Source: a phage. From it: DNA of 64,000 bases. A model generated the notes under the pieces. That model did no database searches. It had not been told where the DNA came from and saw only the letters and a list, made by a program, of their open reading frames with translations. Location: sequence record NC_135731.1. One strand, given 5' to 3'. Positions 8,686-17,183 of the stretch are shown here, piece by piece (within the stretch, counting starts at the first letter, position 1; each line of letters starts with the position of its first letter). Made by a program: the position numbers and the translations under genes.

Positions 8686-9817
8686 AGAATATCCACTTAT
8701 TGAATCTGTAGATTGTCTTGCTGATCTTCTCGAACCTGACGCTATAGTTTATTATGACTTCGACCAGGTTGCATATCAAGCTGCGGCAAGTTGTGAAAAA
8801 AGGACAATTGAGGTAACACACAAAGCCTCCGGACGCAAGAAGATGTTTAAAACACGAACAGAGTTCTGGGGGCGGCAGAAAAACACCGTTGGTGGTTGGT
8901 TAAAAGCTGAGAATACCAACCGTGAAGCCGCATGTAAAAAGGCTGGAAAGGAGTTTATTCCGTGGACACGCGAAGATTTCGATGTCTTGGATATCCAAAC
9001 CCCTGATCCTGTAGAGAACTGCTTACACACAATTAAGTGTAAAGCTAATGCAGTTCTTAACTATCTTGGTATTCCGGAAGAGCGATGTGTCGGGGTGTTG
9101 GGAGGCACAGGTAACTTCAGACTAGATCTTCCAATGCCGGAAAGATACAAAGCCAACCGTAACAATACTCTTCGACCACTGCTGCTTGGAGATGCAAGAC
9201 AGTATCTCCAAAAGCAGTATAATGCTCAAGTGATCAACGGTATCGAGGCTGACGACTGGTTAGCTATCCAGCAATTTGAAGGTTGGAACCACTACCAAAA
9301 AACAGGTAAGTTCAACAAGTTTATTATCTCTATTGATAAGGACCAAAGAACACTACCTGGACTTGTGTTCGATCCCATGCGAAACGATAAGGGAGATTTT
9401 GTAAGGGAAACCCCTATGCTGATCGATAACGGCATGGGAAACATCTTCATGAAGCCTAATGGAGAGGTTGGTGGTTACGGAATGCTGTTCTTCGGATACC
9501 AAATGCTGTGTGGTGACTCTGCTGACAACATCAAGCCGTATCAAGGACTTATCGGTAAGGGTAAGTTCGGGGATGCCTCAGCATTCTACCTGCTGTCTCA
9601 GTGCAGCACTCCAAAGGAGATGTGGGTGGCTATTATTGATCAGTACAAGAAGTGGTTCCCGAAAGGTGTTGTTAAGTATACTGACTTCAATGGCATTGAT
9701 CGTAGAATTTCCGTAGGTCAATGGATGAGTATAATTTTTGACTGTTTGTATATGAAGCGAACATTCAATGATCAAACAAAACTTGTTAACGTTCTTAGAA
9801 ATGTTGGAGCAATTTGA
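8678..9817 (+). CDS. 5'-3' exonuclease / flap endonuclease (T5 D15 / T4 RNase H-like)
   Basis: Matches to T5 D15 motifs: ERYKANR, INGIEADDWLA, ISIDKDQ, GDSADNIKPYQGLIGKGKFG. Confidence 0.65.
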   Translation: MSKEYPLIESVDCLADLLEPDAIVYYDFDQVAYQAAASCEKRTIEVTHKASGRKKMFKTRTEFWGRQKNTVGGWLKAENTNREAACKKAGKEFIPWTREDFDVLDIQTPDPVENCLHTIKCKANAVLNYLGIPEERCVGVLGGTGNFRLDLPMPERYKANRNNTLRPLLLGDARQYLQKQYNAQVINGIEADDWLAIQQFEGWNHYQKTGKFNKFIISIDKDQRTLPGLVFDPMRNDKGDFVRETPMLIDNGMGNIFMKPNGEVGGYGMLFFGYQMLCGDSADNIKPYQGLIGKGKFGDASAFYLLSQCSTPKEMWVAIIDQYKKWFPKGVVKYTDFNGIDRRISVGQWMSIIFDCLYMKRTFNDQTKLVNVLRNVGAI

Positions 9818-10149
9818 TGACTAAAAATGCTGTAGATAATGCAATTATGGAAGCTGTTTTTGAGGATGATCATACAACAGGGACACTTAAAACAAAAAAC
9901 ACATTTATTGTTGCCACAGGTATGTGGCGGTTGTACGAAGATGACACTATTGCATACATCTTGTATACTGATGATTACGCAGATGACCGTGTATGGTCTG
10001 CTGTTTTAAAAGAGGATTGTGAGCTGATTGAGGGCGAGCGGTTATGCATGTTCACCAGTGTGGAAACAGATGTTAAGCTTTGCTCTCTCGTCTTGTTCAA
10101 AGATAAGGCTTATGCTCCTGATGAAGGAGAGGAGGATGAGAGAGCATGA
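9814..10149 (+). CDS. hypothetical acidic protein (111 aa)
   Basis: ORF overlapping neighbours by 4 nt. Confidence 0.45.
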   Translation: MMTKNAVDNAIMEAVFEDDHTTGTLKTKNTFIVATGMWRLYEDDTIAYILYTDDYADDRVWSAVLKEDCELIEGERLCMFTSVETDVKLCSLVLFKDKAYAPDEGEEDERA

Positions 10150-10775
10150 GAGAGCGTCTATTATCCATAGACCAGTCGTTGACACACACAGCTTGCGTTG
10201 TATGGGACGATGGAAAGCCTGTTCATAAGGTTGTGTTACGAACTCAAAGCTCATCTGCAAAAGAGAAGAAACCAGGGACGGTTTCTTTTGCAACAGCTGC
10301 TGAGCGCATTGACTGGATCTGCAAACAGGTCAGATATTATATCCACACGCACGGAGTTGACACCGTGGTTATGGAAGGGCTTTCCTTTGGATCACGCGGT
10401 GATGCCACACGTGAGCTGGCTGGGCTGTTTTACGGTCTTGAAATTATGCTTTGGGATGCCTTAGCTGATTGTGAAAATGACGGCCTGTTTAAGGTCCACA
10501 CAGTGACACCAACAACTGCCAAAAAGTTTGCTCGTAGTCATCTTCCTGAAGAACTTGCTTTTGAGGAGAAGAAAAAGCTTGACAAAAAGACAGGTAAAGA
10601 GCATACTGTGAAGAAACCTGTTACAATGGATAAAAAGTTGATGGTTAAGGCCTGCGAAGTATCTGAACCTGGGTTCCTAGATGGGATCAATTTGGTACAA
10701 GGTAAGGCCGATCTCGCAGATGCTTATTGGATAGGCAGGGCTCATCTGGAGGGATTATCGCAAAGCGTAAAATAA
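10146..10775 (+). CDS. RuvC-like Holliday junction resolvase (putative)
   Basis: SIDQSLTHTACVVWDD and VVMEGLSFGSRGD resemble RuvC catalytic motifs. Confidence 0.5.
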   Translation: MRERLLSIDQSLTHTACVVWDDGKPVHKVVLRTQSSSAKEKKPGTVSFATAAERIDWICKQVRYYIHTHGVDTVVMEGLSFGSRGDATRELAGLFYGLEIMLWDALADCENDGLFKVHTVTPTTAKKFARSHLPEELAFEEKKKLDKKTGKEHTVKKPVTMDKKLMVKACEVSEPGFLDGINLVQGKADLADAYWIGRAHLEGLSQSVK

Positions 10776-11332
10776 GAAAGAAAGCTGTCAAAGCCCCAGT
10801 TCATAACGGGTGGTTAAAAGATTCTAAGGACATAGCCAACTTTCGAAAAGAATTGTCAGAGGAGCAGGATGGTCTTGATCCGATCTTGTGCGAGCCACTT
10901 CGTAAGCCTTGTTTAGATCATGATCATCTGACTGGTCGTTGCAGGGGTGTTTTGTCTCAATGCACTAATACCTTTGAGGGATATGTGCTTAAATACTGGA
11001 TGAAATACTGTAACGAGTATACAGATTGCAGTTTATCAGAGGCGTTGCGCCGGATGGCTGACTATTTGGAGAAAGATTACAGCGACTTCCCGCTCCACAA
11101 AAACTACAGAGATGATATGACAAAGTTCTTGAGGAGATGCTCTAAAGCTACGATTATTGCACGAGCAGAATCAGATCTAAATCTTGTCATTAATCCGGAG
11201 TGCACCAAGCATGAGGCTATTGAGTTCTACATGCAGGAGTTTATAAAGAAAACTGAGGAGAGAGATTTCTATGGGGATGAAAAAGGTATTCAATCCTTGC
11301 GACTCAGTCCTGATCAGGATGAAATACCGTAA
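10727..11332 (+). CDS. Recombination endonuclease VII-like (T4 gp49 family)
   Basis: CEPLRKPCLDHDHLTGRCRGVLSQCTN zinc/HN motif typical of EndoVII; start uncertain (49 nt overlap with upstream ORF). Confidence 0.65.
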   Translation: MDRQGSSGGIIAKRKIRKKAVKAPVHNGWLKDSKDIANFRKELSEEQDGLDPILCEPLRKPCLDHDHLTGRCRGVLSQCTNTFEGYVLKYWMKYCNEYTDCSLSEALRRMADYLEKDYSDFPLHKNYRDDMTKFLRRCSKATIIARAESDLNLVINPECTKHEAIEFYMQEFIKKTEERDFYGDEKGIQSLRLSPDQDEIP

Positions 11333-11492
11333 CTGGAAAGGTGTTGTTGCAGATCGCTGCGTTACTGAGCCTAATTTATGGTTTGGCTCTACAGAGTATC
11401 ATAAAGAAGAGCAGTGGTTGATGCGTGCCTTCGATGTAGACAAGGGCGAATATCGTGACTTCGCTTTAAAAGACATTCTTCAGTTTTACTAA
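11319..11492 (+). CDS. hypothetical protein (57 aa)
   Basis: Internal ATG of ORF 11271-11492, overlapping EndoVII tail. Confidence 0.35.
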   Translation: MKYRNWKGVVADRCVTEPNLWFGSTEYHKEEQWLMRAFDVDKGEYRDFALKDILQFY

Positions 11493-11504
11493 GGAATCTT
11501 AACG

Positions 11505-12488
11505 ATGATGACAAAGTTAACTCTTGAGCAAATTTTAACACTAAAGCAACAGGGATACACTAATAGACAAATTGCTCGTGAATTTTTAGGCCGTGAGTCA
11601 CGTGAGAGCTGGATCCGACTACAGCTTAAACGTGCACAAGAGAATATGTCAGAGATTGTAGGAGAAGCAACGGAGCGCTTCCTTGAAGAACACAAAGGTG
11701 CTAAAGTTTGGGTGTATGATACAGAGACATCCCCAACAAACGGCTGGTTCTTTGGGCACTATAAGACCAACATTCAAACCTGTGGTATTGAAGTTATGCC
11801 CTATATGCTAACTTTCGCAGGTAAGTGGTTAGACAGCCCTAGTGTAGTTGACTGCGCTCTTCCCGATTACAAAATGTGGGATGAGGATATTCACAATGAT
11901 CTCGAATTGATTCAGGATTTGTGGTATTATCTGGATAAATGCGATGTCGCAGTAGCCCACAATTCAGGTTTTGACTGCGGGTGGGCCAACCAACGATTTG
12001 CATTTCACGGGTTGCCTCCAACAAGCCCCTACAAAGAGGTTGATACCCTTAAAATGATCAAGAAGGCATTCCGTTTGAATGCAAACACTTTGGAGTATGC
12101 ATGCAAATACTTCCAACTGGCCCGACAGAAACTGATTGATCACACATTTGAAATGTGGATCAAGTGTGTCCATGGCGATCTTGAGGCATTTAAACAGATG
12201 CGGGAGTATAATGTTGGTGATATCCTGTCTCTGGAAGGACTGTATTTGCTGGCTCGCCCGTTTGCTAAGCAGCACCCAAACATGTCATTGTACTACCAGG
12301 ACGAGGAGCCAAAGGTTCGTTGCCCACGCTGTGGTGGAGAACACTTTCACGAGGAAGAAGCTTTGGCATATACTCAGCTGAGTGCATTTAAAACATACCG
12401 CTGCGAAGGTTGTGGATCTGTTGTTCGTGACCGTAACAACATCCGTACCAGAGAAGAAATGAAAAACACCCTGATTCAGATAATCTAA
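11505..12488 (+). CDS. DEDD-family 3'-5' exonuclease with N-terminal HTH and C-terminal zinc ribbon
   Basis: Exo motifs VWVYDTETS, AVAHNSGFD; CPRCGG...CEGCGS at C-terminus. Confidence 0.55.
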   Translation: MMTKLTLEQILTLKQQGYTNRQIAREFLGRESRESWIRLQLKRAQENMSEIVGEATERFLEEHKGAKVWVYDTETSPTNGWFFGHYKTNIQTCGIEVMPYMLTFAGKWLDSPSVVDCALPDYKMWDEDIHNDLELIQDLWYYLDKCDVAVAHNSGFDCGWANQRFAFHGLPPTSPYKEVDTLKMIKKAFRLNANTLEYACKYFQLARQKLIDHTFEMWIKCVHGDLEAFKQMREYNVGDILSLEGLYLLARPFAKQHPNMSLYYQDEEPKVRCPRCGGEHFHEEEALAYTQLSAFKTYRCEGCGSVVRDRNNIRTREEMKNTLIQII

Positions 12489-12492
12489 CAAT

Positions 12493-12525
12493 TATAGGGA
12501 GGCTTGCGCCTCCCTTTTCCTTTTG
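12493..12525 (+). terminator. Rho-independent terminator
   Basis: GGGAGGC-TTGC-GCCTCCC followed by TTTTCCTTTT. Confidence 0.6.
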
Positions 12526-12533
12526 GAGGCACT

Positions 12534-13352
12534 TTGAGCAAGAAAGAGTCCAACGACAAATATTACACAAACCCTGAGTATGCAGAATATCTTGTTGGTA
12601 AAGTAAAAGACAAGTATGGGAATTGTGCATACGTTGAGCCTTCTGCTGGAAGGGGTTCTTTTTCAAAACTATTTTCAGAAATACTGTCGTACGATTTAGT
12701 ACCAGATCCTGAATTTGAAGGGCCAACACCGTGCATTCAGGCAAACTTCTTGGAGGTGCACCCCAAGGCAGATGTCTTCATAGGTAACCCACCATTTGGA
12801 AAGAATTCATCTTTGGCTTGCAAATTCTTCAACCATTGTGCATCATTGCTAGAGCTTGGAGGGGCCATAGCCTTCATCTTGCCACGGACATTTGAAAAAA
12901 TATTTTTTGCAAACAAATTGGACATGTCGATGCACCTTGTCTACAGCGAAAGGTGCCCTAAGAATTCGTTTTTACTTAATGGCAAACCTTATGACGTGCC
13001 GTGTGTTTTCCAAATTTGGGAGAAAAAGGCGTGTAATAGGGATCCTGTAGAGATTGGAGAGAATAAGTTATTTTCTTTTAGCACTCCAGATGACTACGAC
13101 TTCTGTGTAAGACGTGTTGGGTATAATGCTGGAAAAGTATTGGTGGATGATGACCCAAAATCTGAAGAATCTACATATTTCATAAAATCTTTAGTTGACG
13201 GTGTTGACAGAGTGTTTGCTGAATGCTATTCTTCTTTTCAAGAAGAAGCAGGTAAGACTGCTGGAATGAAGAGTATAGGCAAGAAAGAACTACAATACAT
13301 TTTGGAGACCCGGTATGATCAAAAGCATAGACTTGACCAAAGAACTTACTGA
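12534..13352 (+). CDS. DNA N6-adenine methyltransferase (NPPF motif)
   Basis: VEPSAGRGSF (AdoMet motif I) and FIGNPPFG (motif IV); ORF track start 12504 lies inside terminator hairpin, TTG at 12534 after GGAGG preferred. Confidence 0.6.
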   Translation: MSKKESNDKYYTNPEYAEYLVGKVKDKYGNCAYVEPSAGRGSFSKLFSEILSYDLVPDPEFEGPTPCIQANFLEVHPKADVFIGNPPFGKNSSLACKFFNHCASLLELGGAIAFILPRTFEKIFFANKLDMSMHLVYSERCPKNSFLLNGKPYDVPCVFQIWEKKACNRDPVEIGENKLFSFSTPDDYDFCVRRVGYNAGKVLVDDDPKSEESTYFIKSLVDGVDRVFAECYSSFQEEAGKTAGMKSIGKKELQYILETRYDQKHRLDQRTY

Positions 13353-13773
13353 TGCAAAAGCTTTTGGTGAGACAGCGGTACAAAGAGGCCAGGCGATGGG
13401 ACTGGCACTACCTTTCGTCTTAAAAGAGCACTTTACAGATTTTCAACTTATCAAAGGTGATAAGGGAATGCTTATCCTGGAGCATAGGTTGAGTAAGAAA
13501 CGCTACAAAGTTGTTTTTAATTCTAAAGCCCCAACAAAACTTGGATTCAGAACTTACAATCTCAACCCATCCTATACTAAGGGTGTTGGAAGGGTAGAAC
13601 AACAGCATTTCAGTGCTAGAGCTTCTTTAGCCCCTTTGATGCTAAATTTCTCAGGTGTGGCTTTAGGATACCTTGATAAGAAAAGAGTTCTTCATGTCCG
13701 TTTCACAGACTTTGTAACGCTTTTAGCTAACAACGAAGTTGATGAAAAGGGACGTGTAAAAACAAACTTCTAA
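13315..13773 (+). CDS. hypothetical protein (152 aa)
   Basis: ORF in array. Confidence 0.45.
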   Translation: MIKSIDLTKELTDAKAFGETAVQRGQAMGLALPFVLKEHFTDFQLIKGDKGMLILEHRLSKKRYKVVFNSKAPTKLGFRTYNLNPSYTKGVGRVEQQHFSARASLAPLMLNFSGVALGYLDKKRVLHVRFTDFVTLLANNEVDEKGRVKTNF

Positions 13774-13788
13774 TAACGCATAGTATGA

Positions 13789-13992
13789 TTGGAGACCGCA
13801 ATGGCACTAAAGTTAACAATTCCAGACAGCTTTTCAGAAAACTTTATCCCAGAAATGATGGGTAAGATGCGATCATTGCTTGATCAGATTGAGGAAGCTG
13901 TTTGGGAAGACGATGCTGTAGTGGCTAACGAACTGGTAGATAAGTGTAAAAGTATTATTGATGCAGTTGAAGAATACCACGGAGGTTTTTGA
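13789..13992 (+). CDS. hypothetical acidic protein (67 aa)
   Basis: ORF with GGAG RBS; ATGA overlap with next gene. Confidence 0.45.
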   Translation: METAMALKLTIPDSFSENFIPEMMGKMRSLLDQIEEAVWEDDAVVANELVDKCKSIIDAVEEYHGGF

Positions 13993-14606
13993 TGGATATT
14001 ATTGTTCTTAACGCCCCACCCAGCAGTGGTAAGGATCACATTGCAGATCTCTTGTTGGAAGCTATTCCTAACTCACACCACCGTGAGGTTAAGGAGATGC
14101 TCTTCAGCGTGGCAATTAAGGCAGCTGGTGTAACTCCTCAACTCTGGAATGCACTTTATGACCGCCACTACAAAGAAGAGCCTTGCCCTTTCTTAATGAT
14201 AGACGGCAAGCATGTTTCTCCGCGAGAATGGATGATCCATTGTAGTGAAAATCTGATTAAACCTATCTTTGGTGAAGATGCTTTCGGTAAAGCCGCAGTC
14301 GCATCTTTGAAGAAAGATTTCCCTAAAGGTAAAGGGGTTGTTGTTTACTCTGATGGTGGATTCAAAGAGGAGCTGGCATGCCTTAGCGAGTACGCATACA
14401 GCACAGGTGGAGATCTGTTGTTGTTCCGTATTCACCGTGTCGGATATGACTGGGGAAATGATTCCAGAACCTATCTAAGTCTGGAAAAGAACGGAATAAA
14501 AGGGATTGAGTTCGATGTTGTAAATCCTGAAGGTGCACCTTGGGAATGTGCATCGGAGATTGTGTGCAAGTATATTGATGCTAAAGAGGCCCAAGAAGAA
14601 TGTTAA
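13989..14606 (+). CDS. Deoxynucleoside monophosphate kinase (T4 gp1-like)
   Basis: Variant P-loop SSGKD as in T4 Dnk (SGxxRSGKD); nucleotide-metabolism gene neighbourhood. Confidence 0.6.
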   Translation: MMDIIVLNAPPSSGKDHIADLLLEAIPNSHHREVKEMLFSVAIKAAGVTPQLWNALYDRHYKEEPCPFLMIDGKHVSPREWMIHCSENLIKPIFGEDAFGKAAVASLKKDFPKGKGVVVYSDGGFKEELACLSEYAYSTGGDLLLFRIHRVGYDWGNDSRTYLSLEKNGIKGIEFDVVNPEGAPWECASEIVCKYIDAKEAQEEC

Positions 14607-15193
14607 TTGGAATTGATGTAGATTTGACACTGGTAGATTCAGGAACAGCATGGTGGGAGTGGCTGGAGCGTTTGTATGGTCCAGCCAGTAAGACAGTCGT
14701 TAAACCTTCTAATGGGCTGATGTATTACGATCTGTCAAAGTATTGGCCTGATCGCCCCAAAGAAAACATCATAGGACCTTTTGATTTCTGGAGTGATCCG
14801 TTCCTCTACGACTTTCTTAAGCCTGAAGAGGGGGCTATTGAGGTTATGAAAGATTTGGTGGCTCGCGGTCACAAGCTCGCATTTATCTCGGTATGCAAGA
14901 AAGGTCACCTTGCATCTAAATCAAGGTTCTTAAAGCGTTGGACCAGTGATTTTATGGATCTGGATGATCACACCCAGGGCCACGGCTTCTACGCCACACA
15001 TTTCAAAGGAAATGTGGCTGTAGATGTTATAATTGACGACAGGCATGAATACCTAAACCAATTCGCTTCACGACCTGAAGTTATTAAAATCCTAAAAGAT
15101 ACGCCTTATGAGCAATTCGAGGAGTTAAAGGTCAGTGTTGACTATACCGCTAATAGCTGGTATAAAATAGGAAAGTTTTTAGAAGGTATTTGA
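14600..15193 (+). CDS. HAD-superfamily phosphatase / 5'-deoxynucleotidase-like
   Basis: N-terminal DVDLT (DxDxT) HAD motif I. Confidence 0.5.
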   Translation: MLIGIDVDLTLVDSGTAWWEWLERLYGPASKTVVKPSNGLMYYDLSKYWPDRPKENIIGPFDFWSDPFLYDFLKPEEGAIEVMKDLVARGHKLAFISVCKKGHLASKSRFLKRWTSDFMDLDDHTQGHGFYATHFKGNVAVDVIIDDRHEYLNQFASRPEVIKILKDTPYEQFEELKVSVDYTANSWYKIGKFLEGI

Positions 15194-15194
15194 A

Positions 15195-15395
15195 ATGGGT
15201 AGATGTTCTAAAGGTGGCGATCCTGTAGTCAGATACGGTGACTGGCTAGAGGTATATGATCTGGGAGGTAAGCTAGTGTATGCCTCCAGGATCACCCAAG
15301 ACATGTGCTCTGATATGCTTAACAGATACCTTGCATTTAAGGCTAACATAAACCCAGACGAAATTTCCAAAATTAAAACAAGGAGAGCTAAATAA
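15195..15395 (+). CDS. hypothetical protein (66 aa)
   Basis: ORF tightly packed between neighbours. Confidence 0.4.
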   Translation: MGRCSKGGDPVVRYGDWLEVYDLGGKLVYASRITQDMCSDMLNRYLAFKANINPDEISKIKTRRAK

Positions 15396-16378
15396 TGCTA
15401 AAACTGTGCACTGCAAAGATCATTGCTGACAGTATTTCCGAGAAAGGTAAGCGTATCACCACTTTTGAGCTAGAGTATCCTCGAATTATTCACTCAGAGC
15501 TTATGACACATCGAGTGTTCAGCCGAAACGCCATGTCTTCCCGTGCAGTGCCTGTCGGCAAGATGCTACAACAGATTGTGGAGAATCCGGCAATGCCAGT
15601 TCGCTTCGGTGTAAATAAGCGTGGGATGGAAGATGGTGGGGAACACGATCAAAAGATCCGTGTAGAGTACACTGACATGGAGTTAACTCCTGAAGAGTTT
15701 TGGAAAGAAGCTGCAAAAAACGCCGCTTGGCATGCAGAGAAGTTCGCCCTTGCTGGTTACCATAAGCAAGTATGTAACCGCTTGGTGGAGCCGTTTCAGC
15801 GCATGAAAACAGTTGTAACAAGCACAGAGTGGAATAATTTCTTCCATCTCCGTTGCTGGCACGATGCTGACCCTACTATTCAGATGTTGGCTAATTGCAT
15901 GTGGGAGGCTCTTATGAATAGCACTCCTGAAATCCTTAAACCTGGTCAATGGCACACACCATATGTAGAGCACGTTTATTTGGACGGCGAGTTTAACTAT
16001 GCTGTACGTGACACAGAAGGAAAGCTTTGCATTCTCGATACTGGAGAAGCTCTGTCTATTAGTGCTAGTTGCTGTGCACAAGTATCTTATCGAAATATTG
16101 ACAGCACGTTTGAAAAGGCAGACAGTGTGGCTAAAAAATTGATTGGTGGGGATCGTATTCATGCAAGCCCTTACGAGCACCAGGCAACACCTATGGATCA
16201 CGATAACGCAATGGAACGTTTAAACTACTATCTATCTTCATGTGAAATCACACAAGACAGCTGTGTTTGGCAGGAAGGTGTAACCCATCAAGACCGTGAT
16301 GGTAAATTCTGGTCTGCCAACTTTTGTGGGTGGGTTCAGCACAGACAACTGCTTAATAACCACTTCGTGAAAGGTTAA
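15395..16378 (+). CDS. thyX: Flavin-dependent thymidylate synthase
   Basis: ThyX signature region SELMTHRVFSRNAMSSRA; AGGAG RBS. Confidence 0.8.
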   Translation: MLKLCTAKIIADSISEKGKRITTFELEYPRIIHSELMTHRVFSRNAMSSRAVPVGKMLQQIVENPAMPVRFGVNKRGMEDGGEHDQKIRVEYTDMELTPEEFWKEAAKNAAWHAEKFALAGYHKQVCNRLVEPFQRMKTVVTSTEWNNFFHLRCWHDADPTIQMLANCMWEALMNSTPEILKPGQWHTPYVEHVYLDGEFNYAVRDTEGKLCILDTGEALSISASCCAQVSYRNIDSTFEKADSVAKKLIGGDRIHASPYEHQATPMDHDNAMERLNYYLSSCEITQDSCVWQEGVTHQDRDGKFWSANFCGWVQHRQLLNNHFVKG

Positions 16379-16407
16379 TCCTATCACAGCGATAGGTAAC
16401 TTCTGTG

Positions 16408-16436
16408 TTGACTAATAGTATTAGATAGTCTATAAT
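16408..16436 (+). promoter_or_regulatory. sigma70-type promoter
   Basis: TTGACT-17 nt-TATAAT, upstream of ORF 16469. Confidence 0.6.
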
Positions 16437-16468
16437 AATGGCTCACTTTCTTTGTTGGTGAGCCAGAA

Positions 16469-16942
16469 ATGGAGACAGATATGAGTAATGTTATGATTCC
16501 TAAAAAGACATTTATTTCAGTTACTTTAGATTTCCTAGCTACCGTCCCTGGGTTTAACGTTCGCACACGAAACGGTCTCCGAGCTGCACTTTTCGCCGTA
16601 GGGTTTGATTTAAAAAATATTGACGTTCTTCGTGGAAAAAACGTTAGATGCAAAAATAAGCCAACCCATTATCGAAAGGCAGATGTATTTGCTGGTGTCA
16701 TGCGTGCAGACTTTAGATACCCACAAATGTATAACGGTGTGGATATTTTAGATGTAGATAAAGCACCCGGTGAGGCAATGCTTGTTCAAGATCTTCCGTA
16801 TGATATCCCTGTAGAGGATCGTGTTAATGTAAGAAAGTATACAAAACAATCTGAAAAGGCTGAAGATATTCATATTGTTGATGAACCTTTCAATTTTGAA
16901 GATCTGCATCGCCTGGAAAAATTATTCGGTATTGAAAGCTAA
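16469..16942 (+). CDS. hypothetical protein (157 aa)
   Basis: ORF downstream of consensus promoter. Confidence 0.5.
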   Translation: METDMSNVMIPKKTFISVTLDFLATVPGFNVRTRNGLRAALFAVGFDLKNIDVLRGKNVRCKNKPTHYRKADVFAGVMRADFRYPQMYNGVDILDVDKAPGEAMLVQDLPYDIPVEDRVNVRKYTKQSEKAEDIHIVDEPFNFEDLHRLEKLFGIES

Positions 16943-16952
16943 GGTGGTGAAG

Positions 16953-17183
16953 ATGAGTCATAACTCCAAGTGGAAGGATCTTGGTTTTGCAAGTCGGGCA
17001 GAGTATGTTGGTTGGCTTTGGTTCAACGGCCTGACAAACGATATTAAAATGTATGATGATGTTTATTATGACGAGTATACAGGTAAAATTATAAATATCT
17101 CTGTAGAAGAGGATACCTTTATCCAGCAAGATACTGATACCTGCCTTGATAAATACGTTAATGAAGTGGAGGAAGCAAATTGA
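16953..17183 (+). CDS. hypothetical protein (76 aa)
   Basis: Internal ATG of ORF 16875-17183 (MSHNSKW). Confidence 0.4.
   Translation: MSHNSKWKDLGFASRAEYVGWLWFNGLTNDIKMYDDVYYDEYTGKIINISVEEDTFIQQDTDTCLDKYVNEVEEAN

Noticed and set aside
12504-12533. ORF-track start (TTG at 12504) for the methyltransferase
   Set aside because: Lies within the upstream terminator stem; TTG at 12534 after GGAGG is more plausible, though the true start remains uncertain.
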